Source: Camelus dromedarius (Eukaryota). From it: 64,000 nt of DNA. This document shows, piece after piece, positions 14,478 through 29,749 of this stretch. The stretch covers positions 83,826,001 through 83,890,000 of the forward strand of contig NC_087436.1 of NCBI RefSeq assembly GCF_036321535.1, read 5' to 3'. The translations under genes and the position numbers were made by a program. The notes beneath the pieces were generated by a model. It made no database searches. It was given only the letters and a program-made list of their open reading frames with translations, and was not told the origin of the DNA. Positions within the stretch are counted from its first letter, which is position 1. Every line of letters starts with the position of its first letter.

Positions 14478-15081
14478 GTGTATTAGTTTTCTATTGCTAC
14501 ACAACAAGTTACCAGAGACTGAGCAACATCAAACAGTACATATTTGTTACCTTATGGTTTCTGTAGGTCGGAAGTAAAAGTTCAGCGTATCCGGTTTCTC
14601 CTCCAGGCCCCGCCTGGCTGAAATCAAAGTGTTGGTCAGGGCGGCAGTTCTCACCTGAGTTTGGGGGTCCTCTTTTAAGCTCGCTGGTTGTTGGCAGAGT
14701 TCATTTCCCTGCAGTCATAGGGCTGAGTCGCTGTTTTCCTTCTAGTCTTCAGCTGGAGCCTTCTCTCCGTCCCTGGAGGATGTCCGCAGTCCCTGCCACG
14801 TGGATTCCACTCCTGGTTCAAAAGTAGATGCTTGCTTTCTCTCGGGCCAGATAGAGTGGGTTTCGCTGACTTCTGGAACCAGCTGGAGAAAAGTCTAGCT
14901 TTCAAAGGGCTCACATGATTAGGTCTGGCTCACACAGATAATCTGTCTGGTTCAAGGTCAACTGATTTGTGACCTGAATAATATTTATGAAATAACCTCA
15001 CAGCAGTGATTGATTAAAGAACTGAGGAAAGGTGTGTGTGTACCAGAGGCCGGGAATCTTCCTCAGAATTCTGCCTACCAC
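14478..15081. mobile_element. MaLR LTR (MLT1D/E-like)
   Basis: Starts tgtattagttttctattgct...acaagttacca, has internal ggctgaaatcaaagtgttggtcagg, and ends agaattctgcctaccac. Confidence 0.75.
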
Positions 15082-16514
15082 GGTGGGGCTGCATAAATCA
15101 AAGTGGAATCACCTGGGACTCTCCCTCCACAAGCTGTAGAAGCTCTGATGTTGACGCTGACCTTCAAAAACTGTGGGAGCTTTGGGGCTTCTGGACTAGC
15201 AGCAGCCACAAATGCAGATGTTTTCAGGGGCCAAGCAGGTAGCATGGCTCTGTCACATGAACTTCCAGTATTTTCTGTCCACACAAAGCTTTATGTCAGG
15301 TGGCAAAGTCGTCACTAGTGACAGAGTCTATTTCAGTTTTGGGACCCCCCCCCCCCCGATTCAGCAGGAAAGGCATTCAACTTGCAAATGCAATCTCAAT
15401 TCAAATTTAAAATGCTTGGTCTCATGGAATAATCATTATTCTGCTTATACCTGAAAATTCTCTCCTTATCAGTCCCACAGACCCCCATGAAGAAGGGGGT
15501 TGTGATTTAGATTCTTGTTGCTTTCCACCCCTTAGAGATTCTATTTCTGCCAAATAATCTGGTTGAAGACCAGGGAGAGAGAGGAACGGAGATCAGGAAA
15601 GTATGTCAGTTGCTCTCTCTGACAAGGGTTTGTATCTAACCTGCTCTCAGGGACGTTCTGTGGATTCTTTAGGAAACCCTCCCCCTACAGTCCCTCCGCC
15701 TGCCTTACGTGGACACGTGAACAGCTTCTGGGCATGCGTGCGGGTGGGTGTGTGCATGCGACATGCGCGCGCACGCACTCACACACTGATTCTCTGTGTC
15801 CCTCCCACACACACATCACCAGGGATCTCCAACTTGCAGGCCTTATAGTGCAGGTGAAGTACTCTCTTCCATCTCTTGGACGTAAAACTCCTAACTCAGC
15901 CCGCATGAATCTGGAAGGCCGCCTGCAACGGCATTCAGGCGTGGGGGATGGAGGTCTGTTAGTGGAGCTGAGCATATGTTCACATATTTATGACGCTTGC
16001 TTATACAGTTTGACAAACCTGTTTTCATCTTTTTGTAACTGATTTGTAGGTGTTCTTCCTATTTTTTCTAGATTCTAATATTTAGTCAGTTATATCACCT
16101 CCCTTTTAATTTGCATCTGGACTCATATCTAAGTTTTAAGTATTAGTGCAGTTAAAGTTACCAGATGTTTCCCTTTTTTCCCTCCTTTTTTGAATTGATC
16201 ATTTTTAATTAGCATTTAACTTGATATTTAAAAAATCATATTTGAGGTGACAAAATTAAAAATCCGAATCTTTTCTTAATTCTTAAAGATCTGGTAACTA
16301 AGTGAATGTGTCATCCTTATGTTTTAAACAAAAAGGGAAATATGTTTAAAGTCACAATTTAGGTACATCATAGTCAGATTTAAAACATTCTTACTACTTT
16401 TCTAGATTTATTAAAAGTTTACTAAAGAGAAGAAAATGGCAAAATGCCAGTTTGGTTATAATAGAATGGTAAAATTCAAGCAAAGAACACAAAAATCAAA
16501 GGAGTAAGGGAAGG

Positions 16515-16690
16515 AACTAACATTTGTATTGCCTGTGTCATTTAATCCTCACAATTTTGCAAAAATTTATCCTCAATTTATGGATGAAAGCACTAATCCT
16601 CAAAATGATTAAGTGACTGGGCCATGGAATTATCTTTAATGCTGAAATTTGAACCCAGGTTTCTTTGGTTCTGAGCCTGGGTAATTACCA
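16515..16690 (-). mobile_element. MIR SINE
   Basis: catttaatcctcacaa...tttatggatgaaagcactaa...attaagtgact...atttgaacccagg. Confidence 0.6.
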
Positions 16691-18203
16691 CTATTTCTTT
16701 TTGAACATCCAGTTCATATGTTTCAAGTATCTACCACTGAGAAAAAAATCAACTGAAAAAAAATGTGCATTTATATATACCTCCCAAGGTTGAGACACTT
16801 ATTGAAGTGCCCAGCAGAATGTCTAGCCTTTGGCCATTACCCTTTGGATTGACTTTAGGCAAAAAGAACACAGATAATAAGCAAATACTTTCCAACCCTT
16901 TAAGAAGTCTTATCTTGCTTCTAAACACCTGGGATATCTTTGACAATGACATTCTGCTTAGGTTTTGTTTTTTGTTTTTTGTTTTTTGTTTTTTAATGAC
17001 AGACCAAGGTTCCCGTGCAGTTTGATTGAGATGTGTCAAGTGGAACTTAAAAAAAAAACATCTGTAGGCATCCCTGAGATGCCAAAACTCCCACCAGAAA
17101 TCTCTCTGAGCACTTTCAGCTTCCATTCTGATAATAAGAATGTCCACAATCTTAGTCCTCTATATTTAGAAAAACAGGCTATAGAACATTAAGATAATTC
17201 AAAGGGTCTAAAGAATTTAGAACTCTGTAACTTAGCTCACTGAGAGTCTAGAATAGTGTTGAGAAACATTAAACAACGTTGGTATTCATGAATTCATTAA
17301 AAACATGTGGTAGATCCAAAGTGATCCTATGTGGTTGACAAAAGGCAGGCCCTTCCCAAGAAATAAGAGGTATTTTGAGTTCACAATCAGTCCAGAGAAG
17401 CCGAATTACGATCAGGCTGCTCTTGCGTTTACTACTCAACATTAAAGACATAGGTGAGTGAGAAGAGTTGGCTGGAAGAGGCACCTAATGAGCTGAACGC
17501 CTGCTGGTGGGACATAAACAGCTGCAGGAGTAAGTCAAGCATCTCTGCCCTCTGGGGACCCGGGCATGACCTACCTTCTCGAACAGCATTTATATCTTTG
17601 GAAATGCGTGAAGCTTAATTTTGCCAAGAGTGAATGTCGAAGTATACAAGAGTTAGATCATGACAGCCCTTGGACATCATTTTAGGCTGAAATAGTGTGT
17701 ATTTATATACACAGAATTGGTTGAGGGAGAGCATGGCCCTTGGATGTTTTGAAACAATCACTGTGTAAAGTTCATGAAAAATTCGTCAAGTCATTTTTTG
17801 AAGATTTTGGGGTTCATAGATTTTATATCTATCCAACTCTACAGCTTTTTTGATGAATTGAACACAAATTCAAGAAGGCAAAAAGGACCTAATTATAGTG
17901 TTAGCTTTATTAATGGTTAAACTGGATCAGAGGCCATAGCTGGCTCTTCCACCTTCTTTTAGGAACCTGTGACTTGTGTACCCAGGAATGGACAGACGAA
18001 GAAGCTGGTGCCACAGTGCAGCTCAGCTGGATGGCTGCAGGCAGAGGCAGCTAAGCCTGGGCATGAGACAATATAAGCTTGAATATAAGTGTCCACACTA
18101 ACACAGAGATGTGCTCCATACCCCACCCCTTCCTGTATATCCATGAATGCCAACCTCTCATCACTATCACCAAGCAAAAGCAAAAGCAAAAGTTCACACT
18201 TGT

Positions 18204-18237
<34 letters not shown>
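18204..18237. repeat. (CA)n microsatellite with a short TA interruption
   Basis: Read directly. Confidence 0.9.
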
Positions 18238-18440
18238 CCCGCTGTGCCACCAACAGCAGGAAAAACCACTACCTCCGATGCCCTGCAGGCTTTGTTGATG
18301 CTATGGGAATTCTATTTCAATTAAAGGGAAAAACCCTTTCATTGTATATACTTTCAGCTCTTCTTGTAGATACCTGGCAAAAGTCTGTCACACTGAAATC
18401 AACCGATTCTAAGCATCTAGGGCTAAGAGAACAATTTTGT

Positions 18441-18500
18441 GGCAAACACAGTAACAACAAAAAACGAACACTGTAACTTTTCATCTGTATCACGTTTATT
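18441..18500 (-). terminator. Polyadenylation signal AATAAA (18495-18500) with downstream GU/U-rich element
   Basis: Minus strand: ...ttttttgcatttcactttccatAATAAAcgtgatacagatgaaaagttaca-gtgttcgttttttgttgttactgtgtttgcc, giving a U-rich upstream element, the hexamer and a GU-rich element at canonical spacing. Confidence 0.7.
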
Positions 18501-21500
18501 ATGGAAAGTGAAATGCAAAAAAATTGTACTTAAAAGTTTTTCAAGGGTAAAACTAGATCATCAGTTGAATTTCGTTCATTCATCCATTCAGATATCAAAT
18601 CCACAATGAGGATGGAAGTGTACATAATTTCCAAATCTTGATCTATCCTCATATAAATCATAATAGTTCATCCTTTATCTAGGAAATGAAATTTTATTGG
18701 CAGGTCGATTTCTGGAAGATGAGGACTTTCTTAAATAAATCATTTAATGACCTTTGTATATATACAACATGAAAAGACATAACTTTAGATTCTAATATTG
18801 ATACATTCATAAATGGAATTTCATTTTAAATACTACCATTTCTTCAGTGATTTAACATCACACTACAGTTTTGCTCTTTCTCTGTTGAGTACTTACACAC
18901 ACAAATGATTCTTACATTGACATCTATAATTTTTCTGGATGGCATTTAAATTAATATGCATCTCTCAAAATAATTACATAAATCTGTCTTTTAAGCAACA
19001 GTAAATATTGACATCAAGATTTCATGTGTACTGCTCTTATAAAGAGTTTGTTTTTAGTCGTTAAAAAACACAGCTAGCTCTAGTTGTAATTGTAGTGTTC
19101 TTATGGTTGGTTAATCTTTTTATCTAAAATACAAAGATGGCACATTCAGTCTTTAAAACATGAATATGTATTAAATGGTATTACTAACTTTCTACTGAGA
19201 AGTGGTTATATTTGTACCTTGCCACACAGAATTCTCTATTAATTGGCAATTCTGGTATTTCCATTCATATCTTCAACCTAATATCCAGCCAACGTAATTT
19301 TCAGCGTCAAAGAATTGAGGTCAAATCATGTTAGGTTCTAGGAACCACATCACAGACTTTTTGATCGCTAACAGAGTATTTCCTTTTAAAAGAAATGAGA
19401 GAAACTAAAACAATGTCAACTCACCGATTGGAACTGTGGTAAGTTGACGTACCCAACGTTAGCATTCCCTGGCCAATGACTCTAATCTTATCTAGTCCCC
19501 ACTGCAGCACCTGGCGTCAACATCGTAGTTTATGAGTCTATCTTAAGGAAATCCCAATTGCTATTACCCTATTCTTCTACCAGTGTAGCCTGTCATTTTA
19601 AAAAAAATTTGCCTCTTTGACGTCTCTTTGGTGTTGCTAAACATTGTTTTGCTGATCTCAAGAGAAGAATTCCTGCAATCAGGTTTCACTTTGAGTGACT
19701 ATATACTGTTTTAAAATTTAGAGCTATGTCTTTGAAAAAAAATGTAGGGCTTTTATCAGCCTGTGCAAATAAACATACTAATAAATGTACAAATGGAGTC
19801 TATAAAACATAATTGGTTTTCCCCAGTGTTTGTCATGTCCAGATAGAAAATTAGGTGCTAATAGAACAGCATTAAGCCTTTGAAGATGCTCAGGTACCAG
19901 TCCGTGCCTCAGTAAGACACCAACTAGCTATGCATGGTCCAGTGGGGCTGGGCTTTCTAAGCACCAAATCTGCTACCAGGGAGTAACACCATTTAATATG
20001 GAGCATCTGATCTGATATTACTATACATAAAACAGAACAGTCATGGAAGGATGCAACTTTCAATTAGTTGTTTTAATTTGTGATTTATTTAAATATACCA
20101 GTATGAATAAAATGCATCTATGTGTGCAAGTATAGGTGGGTAAGCTATTTACAGTTATGTCATGTATACATTTTTATGTGTAGAAAATGAAAATACACAT
20201 TGATTAGCCCTTCTGAGGCTTTTGAACAACTCTTTCTTTCTTTCCTGCAACTGCTTTGAAGATTTAGATAATTCATACAAGGTATGTACACAATCACACC
20301 CATAGTATGTACATCCTAGTCACACACTTAACACGGAGAAGATGTGTGAGGAATGTAAATCAACCCAGTGGTCAAAGAACTGACCTTACCTGTGACTAAG
20401 GACGTGGGGGATTAGCCCTGGCATATTTAGTAACATGCCCGTGTACTGACTAATGTGTTCAGCCTTTGTGATAATTATGTGATCTACTCTCAGAGAGGCT
20501 TAAAAAAAAAAACAACAAAACAGCCCTTTCTGACCTTCAAAAATGAAAGGACAAATTCTGTTACTGAACACGCACACACACGTCTGTTGGTTTTATTCAC
20601 TTTCGAACATGCAGCCTCCTGATGACAGAACCTGGCCTTAAAATGGGATACAGCATGGTATTTTTTTCTACACATAAAAACAGAAAACCAGCCACTCACA
20701 GACATTACACACTTACAGGATGTACTGACATACCACGACCAGCTACAGTGTTACGCACGACATACTGTTCACACGTTAGTACAGCGAGATAAATACATTT
20801 AGAAATTTAGTAATTGTTACTGTATTTCCTTCTTGAGTTTTCAGGCCCTGTTGACCTCTCTCAACCTCAGAAAAAGGTATTTCCAGACGCCCTTAACACA
20901 AGAATTAGGCTCTCCTCCCTGCTAGAGATTGAGGAGCATGACTATTAATACTGTAATCTCCTGATGACCAACATCATCATAAGACATGCCAGAAAGCATT
21001 AATGAAGAATAATCTACTCAAAGATGTGGTTAAAATAAATGCTAAGACTACTGAAATCATTAAAAGACACGGATACACATGGATTAGCCCCTTCCGCGCA
21101 TTTCTGTTTTGCTCTATACAGAATCTTTACATGATATTAAAAGCAATATGAACCAGAAAAATGTTGTTTAACTGCTTAAAAGTTCTGCCGAAGAATAGAC
21201 AGTTTAATTTTTAAAGGAACAAAGAGTAACACTAGCAGCAATGCCAAAAAGCAAGCTCTCATTTTCACCCCAAAATAAGCAGATGACATCCCCCCATTTT
21301 AAGAGTTCAAGAAAGAAGTTAGTGTTTCACCCCCCACTGAGTTCTCTTTAACTCACTGAAATCCCTAGGGTATCTCTCATCATAACTATCTCCATGCTGG
21401 TCGATCATCAGTATCTTTTTTTGAAGTGTAAAATATGTCATTTTTATTCCAGCCAATCGATTTTGAGCTTGAACCCAAAAGGATACTTGAGGAAGAATTG

Positions 21501-24500
21501 GTTTTCAGAAACACCCATTGAGAACATCATTTTCAGTAAGGCATTATTTGAGGCCCGCTTTCAGATGAGTACTCACATTTTAGTTATTTTGCATTTGAGA
21601 ACCCTTTTTTTTTTCATAGCTAAGGCTGGTAATCCTCCAGGCAAAGTTACCTGAATTGCTTTCCTACAAGTGAGTGTCCAGGAATAGTAATTACCATACA
21701 TTTAATCCTTCATTTCAACCAAGTTTCCGGTGTTGTCTTGAGTTTTAACTCAGTGACTCCTTTGGTCTTGGCTAGTGTTAAAACAGAGACGTTAACCATA
21801 AAATCTAACGCTCACTACTGCTGGACCTCTCAATGGCGCTCCTAAACAAGTTTTTCCAGCAAGAAAGCATAAAGTATGCCTTTGCTTATTTTAGCCTGTG
21901 GGTTACAGTCAGTCTTTATGGAGCAAGCCATAATTATACAATGGTGTGCCCATTACAGACGCACTTGCTGGTATAACTGCCTCTTTTTGGCACATTATTG
22001 CTTGGCTTTAATTTCATTATCAACAGTCTTTATTCTCATCATGAGTATCTGAGATATCTGGGTCTTAAAAAAAAAAAAAACCACACACACGAAACTTGTG
22101 AATAACATCTTGGTGCATCATTCTGGCCTCCACAGTCATTTCACCCCCAGGCCCACGGTTATTTAAATGTCCCTTGTAATGATCATCACTTTGATTTACC
22201 TAATAGCCAACAGTAATTTTTCAGGGTTTTTTGTTGTTTCTATCCACACATGTATACAGATGCATTGGATTTACTTTGAGAGAGGTTATTTGGTTGTGGC
22301 AAGTGAGTAGTTTAGCTGGTGAATGTTCACAGTTAAAAGTAGCCGTAATGACCTCTGGCAGATGTCACGGATTGTGAGACATGAGTTTTCCACTTCAATC
22401 CATCTTCATTTATGTCCTTGGTCACTGTAAAGCAAATTGATTTTATTTCTGTAGCCAAGATTTTTTTTTCTCCCAAGAGTAGGATGACGTTCATGGAAAT
22501 CTTTTTCAGTATTTACAAGACTTTTTTCTCATTTGCAAAAATGTCTAAAATCTCGTTGACATCCGTAAGCCCAAGTGTCTGCACAGATGCCATTTATAAT
22601 TACTTAGCTGGCTGCAGAATTTTGTTAAGAAGGATACAGTTACAAGGATGGACAGGAGATTCAGCACATCACCTGTTATTTGCCAGGTGGTAGCAGCTGA
22701 CCCACACTGGGACAGATTCAACCGAAAGGGCCACATGTGGATTCAAAGGATGTCACTAACAGAAAACAAAATCCTCAAATAGGAACATAAAGTAGCAAGC
22801 ACTGAGGCAGATGTGGGCAAGACTTCTGATTCACTATGGAGACAAAATGGGGGTGGGGACAAGATGGTCAGCTCATTTATCCAAGCTCCTGCTGAGTTCA
22901 CTGTATTCTTATCACAAAGGGAAATTCACAGGCTTCATTTCTCAAATACCACTTAGGACCAAGCTGGAGAGTAAACAGCATCATCTCCATGGCAGCACTG
23001 TAGACAATTGGTAAGTCAGACAGGTAGAGGCCTGCACCAGGCTGCAGGTGCCCAATTTTCAGTAAAAACACATATACAAACCTTATCCTAATGTATGGTT
23101 TTTCTTTTGACTGAGTCTTAAAAAGTAGACAAGGGGTGTGGTGAGTTACATTTTTTAACACTTGCACAACATGTAGGAGGAAGAGAAGACAGCTTCTCAC
23201 ATTTTGGCAGCAAAACAGTAACGAAGCGGATACAGCAAAGGCCAAACAATTTACATCAACAGCATACTCATAGATGTCCTCTGTAAACAAACTGTAAAGT
23301 CACATCATAGTCTATTCTTCACGTGGTGTAGACAGGTATTCCCAGAATGATAGGAACTCCCAGAGATGAGAGGAAGAAGAGTAGAGTCAGCTAGGAACGA
23401 TAAAACCTTACAACTCTGGGATGCAACCCAAAGTCGTTTTCCTCTTCTGCCTTCGACTTGAAGATGACGAGCTCTTATTAAGAATTTGGTTCCAAAATTC
23501 AATCTCTAGGGTATATGTTACACATGCATATTCAGTCCAATTTATTTTATGATATTTAACCTATAACATGGAGAATAATGGTACCCAAAATAATAAATAT
23601 TAGACAATTCTTAAGATTCAAAAATCATCAAAAATCAAGTAATATTCAATATAGCTGAACTTGCTATGGTAGGAAAACACAGCAGTATTTTTTACAAATA
23701 TTTCATATTGGATGCAAACAAAAAGTTTTCTGGTTAACTTTGATCTAAAACAACGTTCAACTTCTGCCACTGATCCAAGACACAAAGGTTAATTAGGATT
23801 TCACTGTATGTGAAGTACTTGGTCTGTGGCAACAAGGCCAAGAATCCAGAAAGACATCATTAGAAAAGCACTGAAGGTAAATATATGACAGCCGAAGTGA
23901 TCACATTTTTCTTGCAGTCATAAAAAGTAGAAAAATCAATATTTAAATTGAAACTTCTAGTGTTCACTGGGTAAGCCGTATCACATCTTCACATTTTAAA
24001 CATTTAGATGTTCTAACTTGTTTCTCTTTTGCTACTGGTTTAAAAAATATCTTATATATATATATCTACTTAATATAATATTTCCTCCACTTATTTCAAC
24101 AACTAAAATGCATTAAAAAGGACCCAAACATAACTAAAAGAAGTCAAGGACAAAAACAAACAGCTTTCAACCCCGTGTGTGCCATGCAGGTAAGGAACAG
24201 CAGAGCAAGTTCAAAGAGTCTGCCAAGAATATTGTTTTGCAACGTCAGTTGCTAGATGAACCTAAGGAATGACAATGCTGTCCCGAATGTGTACGCTGGG
24301 TCACAGATCGAAGTGAAGGAACATTTTCACATCAAGGTTTTATCGTGAGAGTACTGAGGGTATCATAATGCAAAACACTGCCGTCTTGATTAGGCTCCTG
24401 TCTTATTTATCCATGTGATGAGCTATTTCTGTGACTGTTCTTAAAAGCTGTTCCTTCTATAAGATTCCGTAAGTGAGAAGGAAGCTTTTGTAAAGACGGA

Positions 24501-27038
24501 TGTTAAAAGATCAAAGGTGTAAAAGTAAAGGTTAGTTCCAGTACCAAAGAAAACCAGTTAAGGTTACTACATCGAGCATTAAGTTTTAATTTGAGAGGCA
24601 CAACTAGAACACCAAATTCAGGTTTAATTTATTTCATTTCATTAATTAATTTATTTTTAATGGGTAACGGAGGCCCACAGCTCCGTGGCCTCTGCTTCCT
24701 TTCACTATTTATAAACCACGTGGTTACTCCCAACTCATGACAACAAATATTATTACCAGACGCTGAATTCTTCCTTTTTTCCCATTTTAATGCAGGAACA
24801 GCCTGTTCTAGCCAGTTCAGAGCAGAGGATTACCTGGGGCCCACCCGCCTGGAGTGGGTACCGCTGACAGCTGCTACTGTGTACACAGGATGTTCTCCAT
24901 GTGTACACAGCACGTACGCCAGCGTGGGAGGGAGACAGCCAGTGGGCGAGAGACAGGAGGGAGATTACATCGTGGCAAAGGCATTTCCTACAGAAGTGGC
25001 ACGGACACTACCACAAATGGGTATTTAAGGCCAAGGGGAGCGTTTTGGACTAAATTCATTAATAATAATTTGATTGCTCATTGGATGGTCATTTCTGCTT
25101 TAGATAGCATCCTTGACGGAGGCCCAATGGTAAGACGTGGAAACATGGGCTTTACTAAACTGCTCATTCTAAGTTCCAAGTATAACAAGTGTACTTGCCA
25201 TTCAGAGCATGCTTGCTCTGAGAGTGCTGTGACCATGGCCCACGTATGCAGGCGTCACAGACAGTCCAACGGCTTTGAAAGAAATCAATGGCTCTTTACT
25301 AATTTAGGTTATGTCCAGTGTACTTGTGGTGTTAAAGTTTAGGTATGATTCCTCCCCTCCATAATGTTCAGAATCTGCAATAGAGAATTAAAATGAAAAA
25401 GCAAAAAAGCCAAAAGAGAAACTGTGAATTTACTGCCCAAATGGCATTTCTGAATCTCTGGAGAGAGAACACACAGCCAGATACTCTTTTCTGGCTCATC
25501 GAGGGCAATGAGATTAGAGAAAGCAACCAGCGCCCCTCCAACCAACAGTGACTCTCTAAATGCGAGGTGGAAACCAGCAACCTCCCTACCACGAGTCCAG
25601 GAGGGGAAGCCCTTTCGGGCCCTCACTCTCTCCCCTCTTGTCCGTCACCCCAACTCAAGCCACTCTTGGTCGTTCCAGCCCAGTGCCCTGCAGGACACTC
25701 ATAAGCCCTAGGAATACACTCCTCTTAAGGAGACAGGTGAGGGCTCAGCTCAGACAGGTGCCTATGTTCTCAAGGACCAAGCCCACCCAAAGCTCAAAAA
25801 CGTGTTTCAGTAAAGGTGGCTTCTTTTACTGGGTTTGAAGGGTGGTATTTTATGACGTTTTTCTCTTGAAATCAATAGGCTTACAGAGGTTACCATTTTA
25901 TCGTAGATTAGACTCAAGCAATAAGATGATATTAGTCTACGTACAAAAACAGCGAGGAAGCTCATGTTCTAATCGGTGTGGACCACACTTTCTACTAGAA
26001 GCTACTGAACCAAGTCAAACAAAAACACAAACTCCATCCTGGTTACAGGAGTCTCATATGTGTTGTTTTGTTATTCAGGAGGCTTTCTTTTCTTTTTCTT
26101 TAACACCTAAAAATAGAGTGTTTGGTAATTGGCTATTTATAATTCCTTACCCGAACCGTGACGCTCTCAGTAGAATGTCATTGGAGAACACCTGTACAAC
26201 ATAAAATTGAGTATTATCAATAACCTGATGACTCTCTCCAAGAATTCAGTCACATGTACTTTCTCTAGGGTAAGGAAATATGAATTTAGTCTAGTCACAA
26301 TCACAGAGATGAAACTTGCCTTCAGGGCAGGAAAAGGTGCATATATAAATTCATGTTTTATGTGGGCAATATTCATAGTCAAATGCTTCACTAATTTTTT
26401 TTCCTAATATAACTTTCTTATATTTATTAACAGGTATAACAAGGTTTATAAAAAGGGTTATCTGCAGATGTTTACAAATATGACTTCATATTTGGTATTT
26501 TATGCATTTAAATGCTTTTACTTATTATCTTCTGGCCTAAGGAGTCAAATTTGTTTCAATTTTTTATATGATAGTTCTTATCAACTACTTAAATTTTGTG
26601 GGGTAACAGCATTCTCACTGCAATGGACCAAAAAGTGTAACAGTATTTTTGCTATTTTTAATATAAAGCTGAGATTTTAATGGAAATACCATAGTGTGAT
26701 AAATTGAGGCAGTTATACAAAATGATACATATGTAATGATAATGATAGTTCTGTAAGCAACAGCATATTAAAAAAACAGTGAATACTATTTCCTCTTAAT
26801 TACAGTTGTAAACCTTCAGTGAAGCGTGCTTGTTTTCTTTCTTTCCAATTGAAATGATGTGTTTTTGTTTTTTTTTTAATGAAGACTCCAGCAAGGGACC
26901 CCACTAGCCTTCACAGCAATTTCCTGGAGTTAACACTTGCTTTCTCTTCCTGGTCTCTCAGGAAAAAAACAAGTAAGCTTTGACAGACGGACACCTATGA
27001 AGACCCCATGCAAGGGCTCCCTGCAGCTGTTTTCCTTT
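18475..27038 (-). other. GPRIN3: Putative long 3' UTR of GPRIN3 (about 8.6 kb)
   Basis: Continuous stretch after the stop codon with no interspersed repeat that I could recognise, unlike both flanks. It ends at a canonical poly(A) signal. Confidence 0.6.
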
Positions 27039-29456
<2,418 letters not shown>

Positions 29457-29501
29457 TCAGAGTGAAGACACCGTCAAGGACAATTCCGCTGCAGGGCCAA
29501 C

Positions 29502-29535
29502 CTGGGAATCAAGGAAACAGCACCATTAATAGAGA
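29502..29535 (-). other. GPRIN3: 3' splice acceptor of the GPRIN3 coding exon (exon starts at about 29501)
   Basis: Minus strand reads tctctATTAATggtgctgtttccttgattcccAG|gttggcc: branch-point-like TTAAT, pyrimidine tract and CAG. There is no upstream ATG between it and the start codon. Confidence 0.75.
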
Positions 29536-29749
29536 ACAGAATTTGAGGATGTGAAACTTGTTGTCACCTGTTTAAGATCTCATAAGAACATCAAACCTTT
29601 TCTTCCCATAGAAATAGATCTTGGGAAGAAAAATTTTGGAAAAATTCTTTTGATTATACAAGTACATTTTGATATATTAGTTCCGTTTGCATCCCATTGC
29701 TGTCCAGCAGATAGGTTTTTAATGTGTTTACCTACACACTCGATAACTG

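Noticed and set aside
15345..15357. C13 homopolymer (G-run on the minus strand)
   Set aside because: Isolated homopolymer with uncertain length and no supporting context.
24854..25342. 162-aa plus-strand ORF
   Set aside because: GTG start, no recognisable domain, and antisense within the putative GPRIN3 3' UTR.
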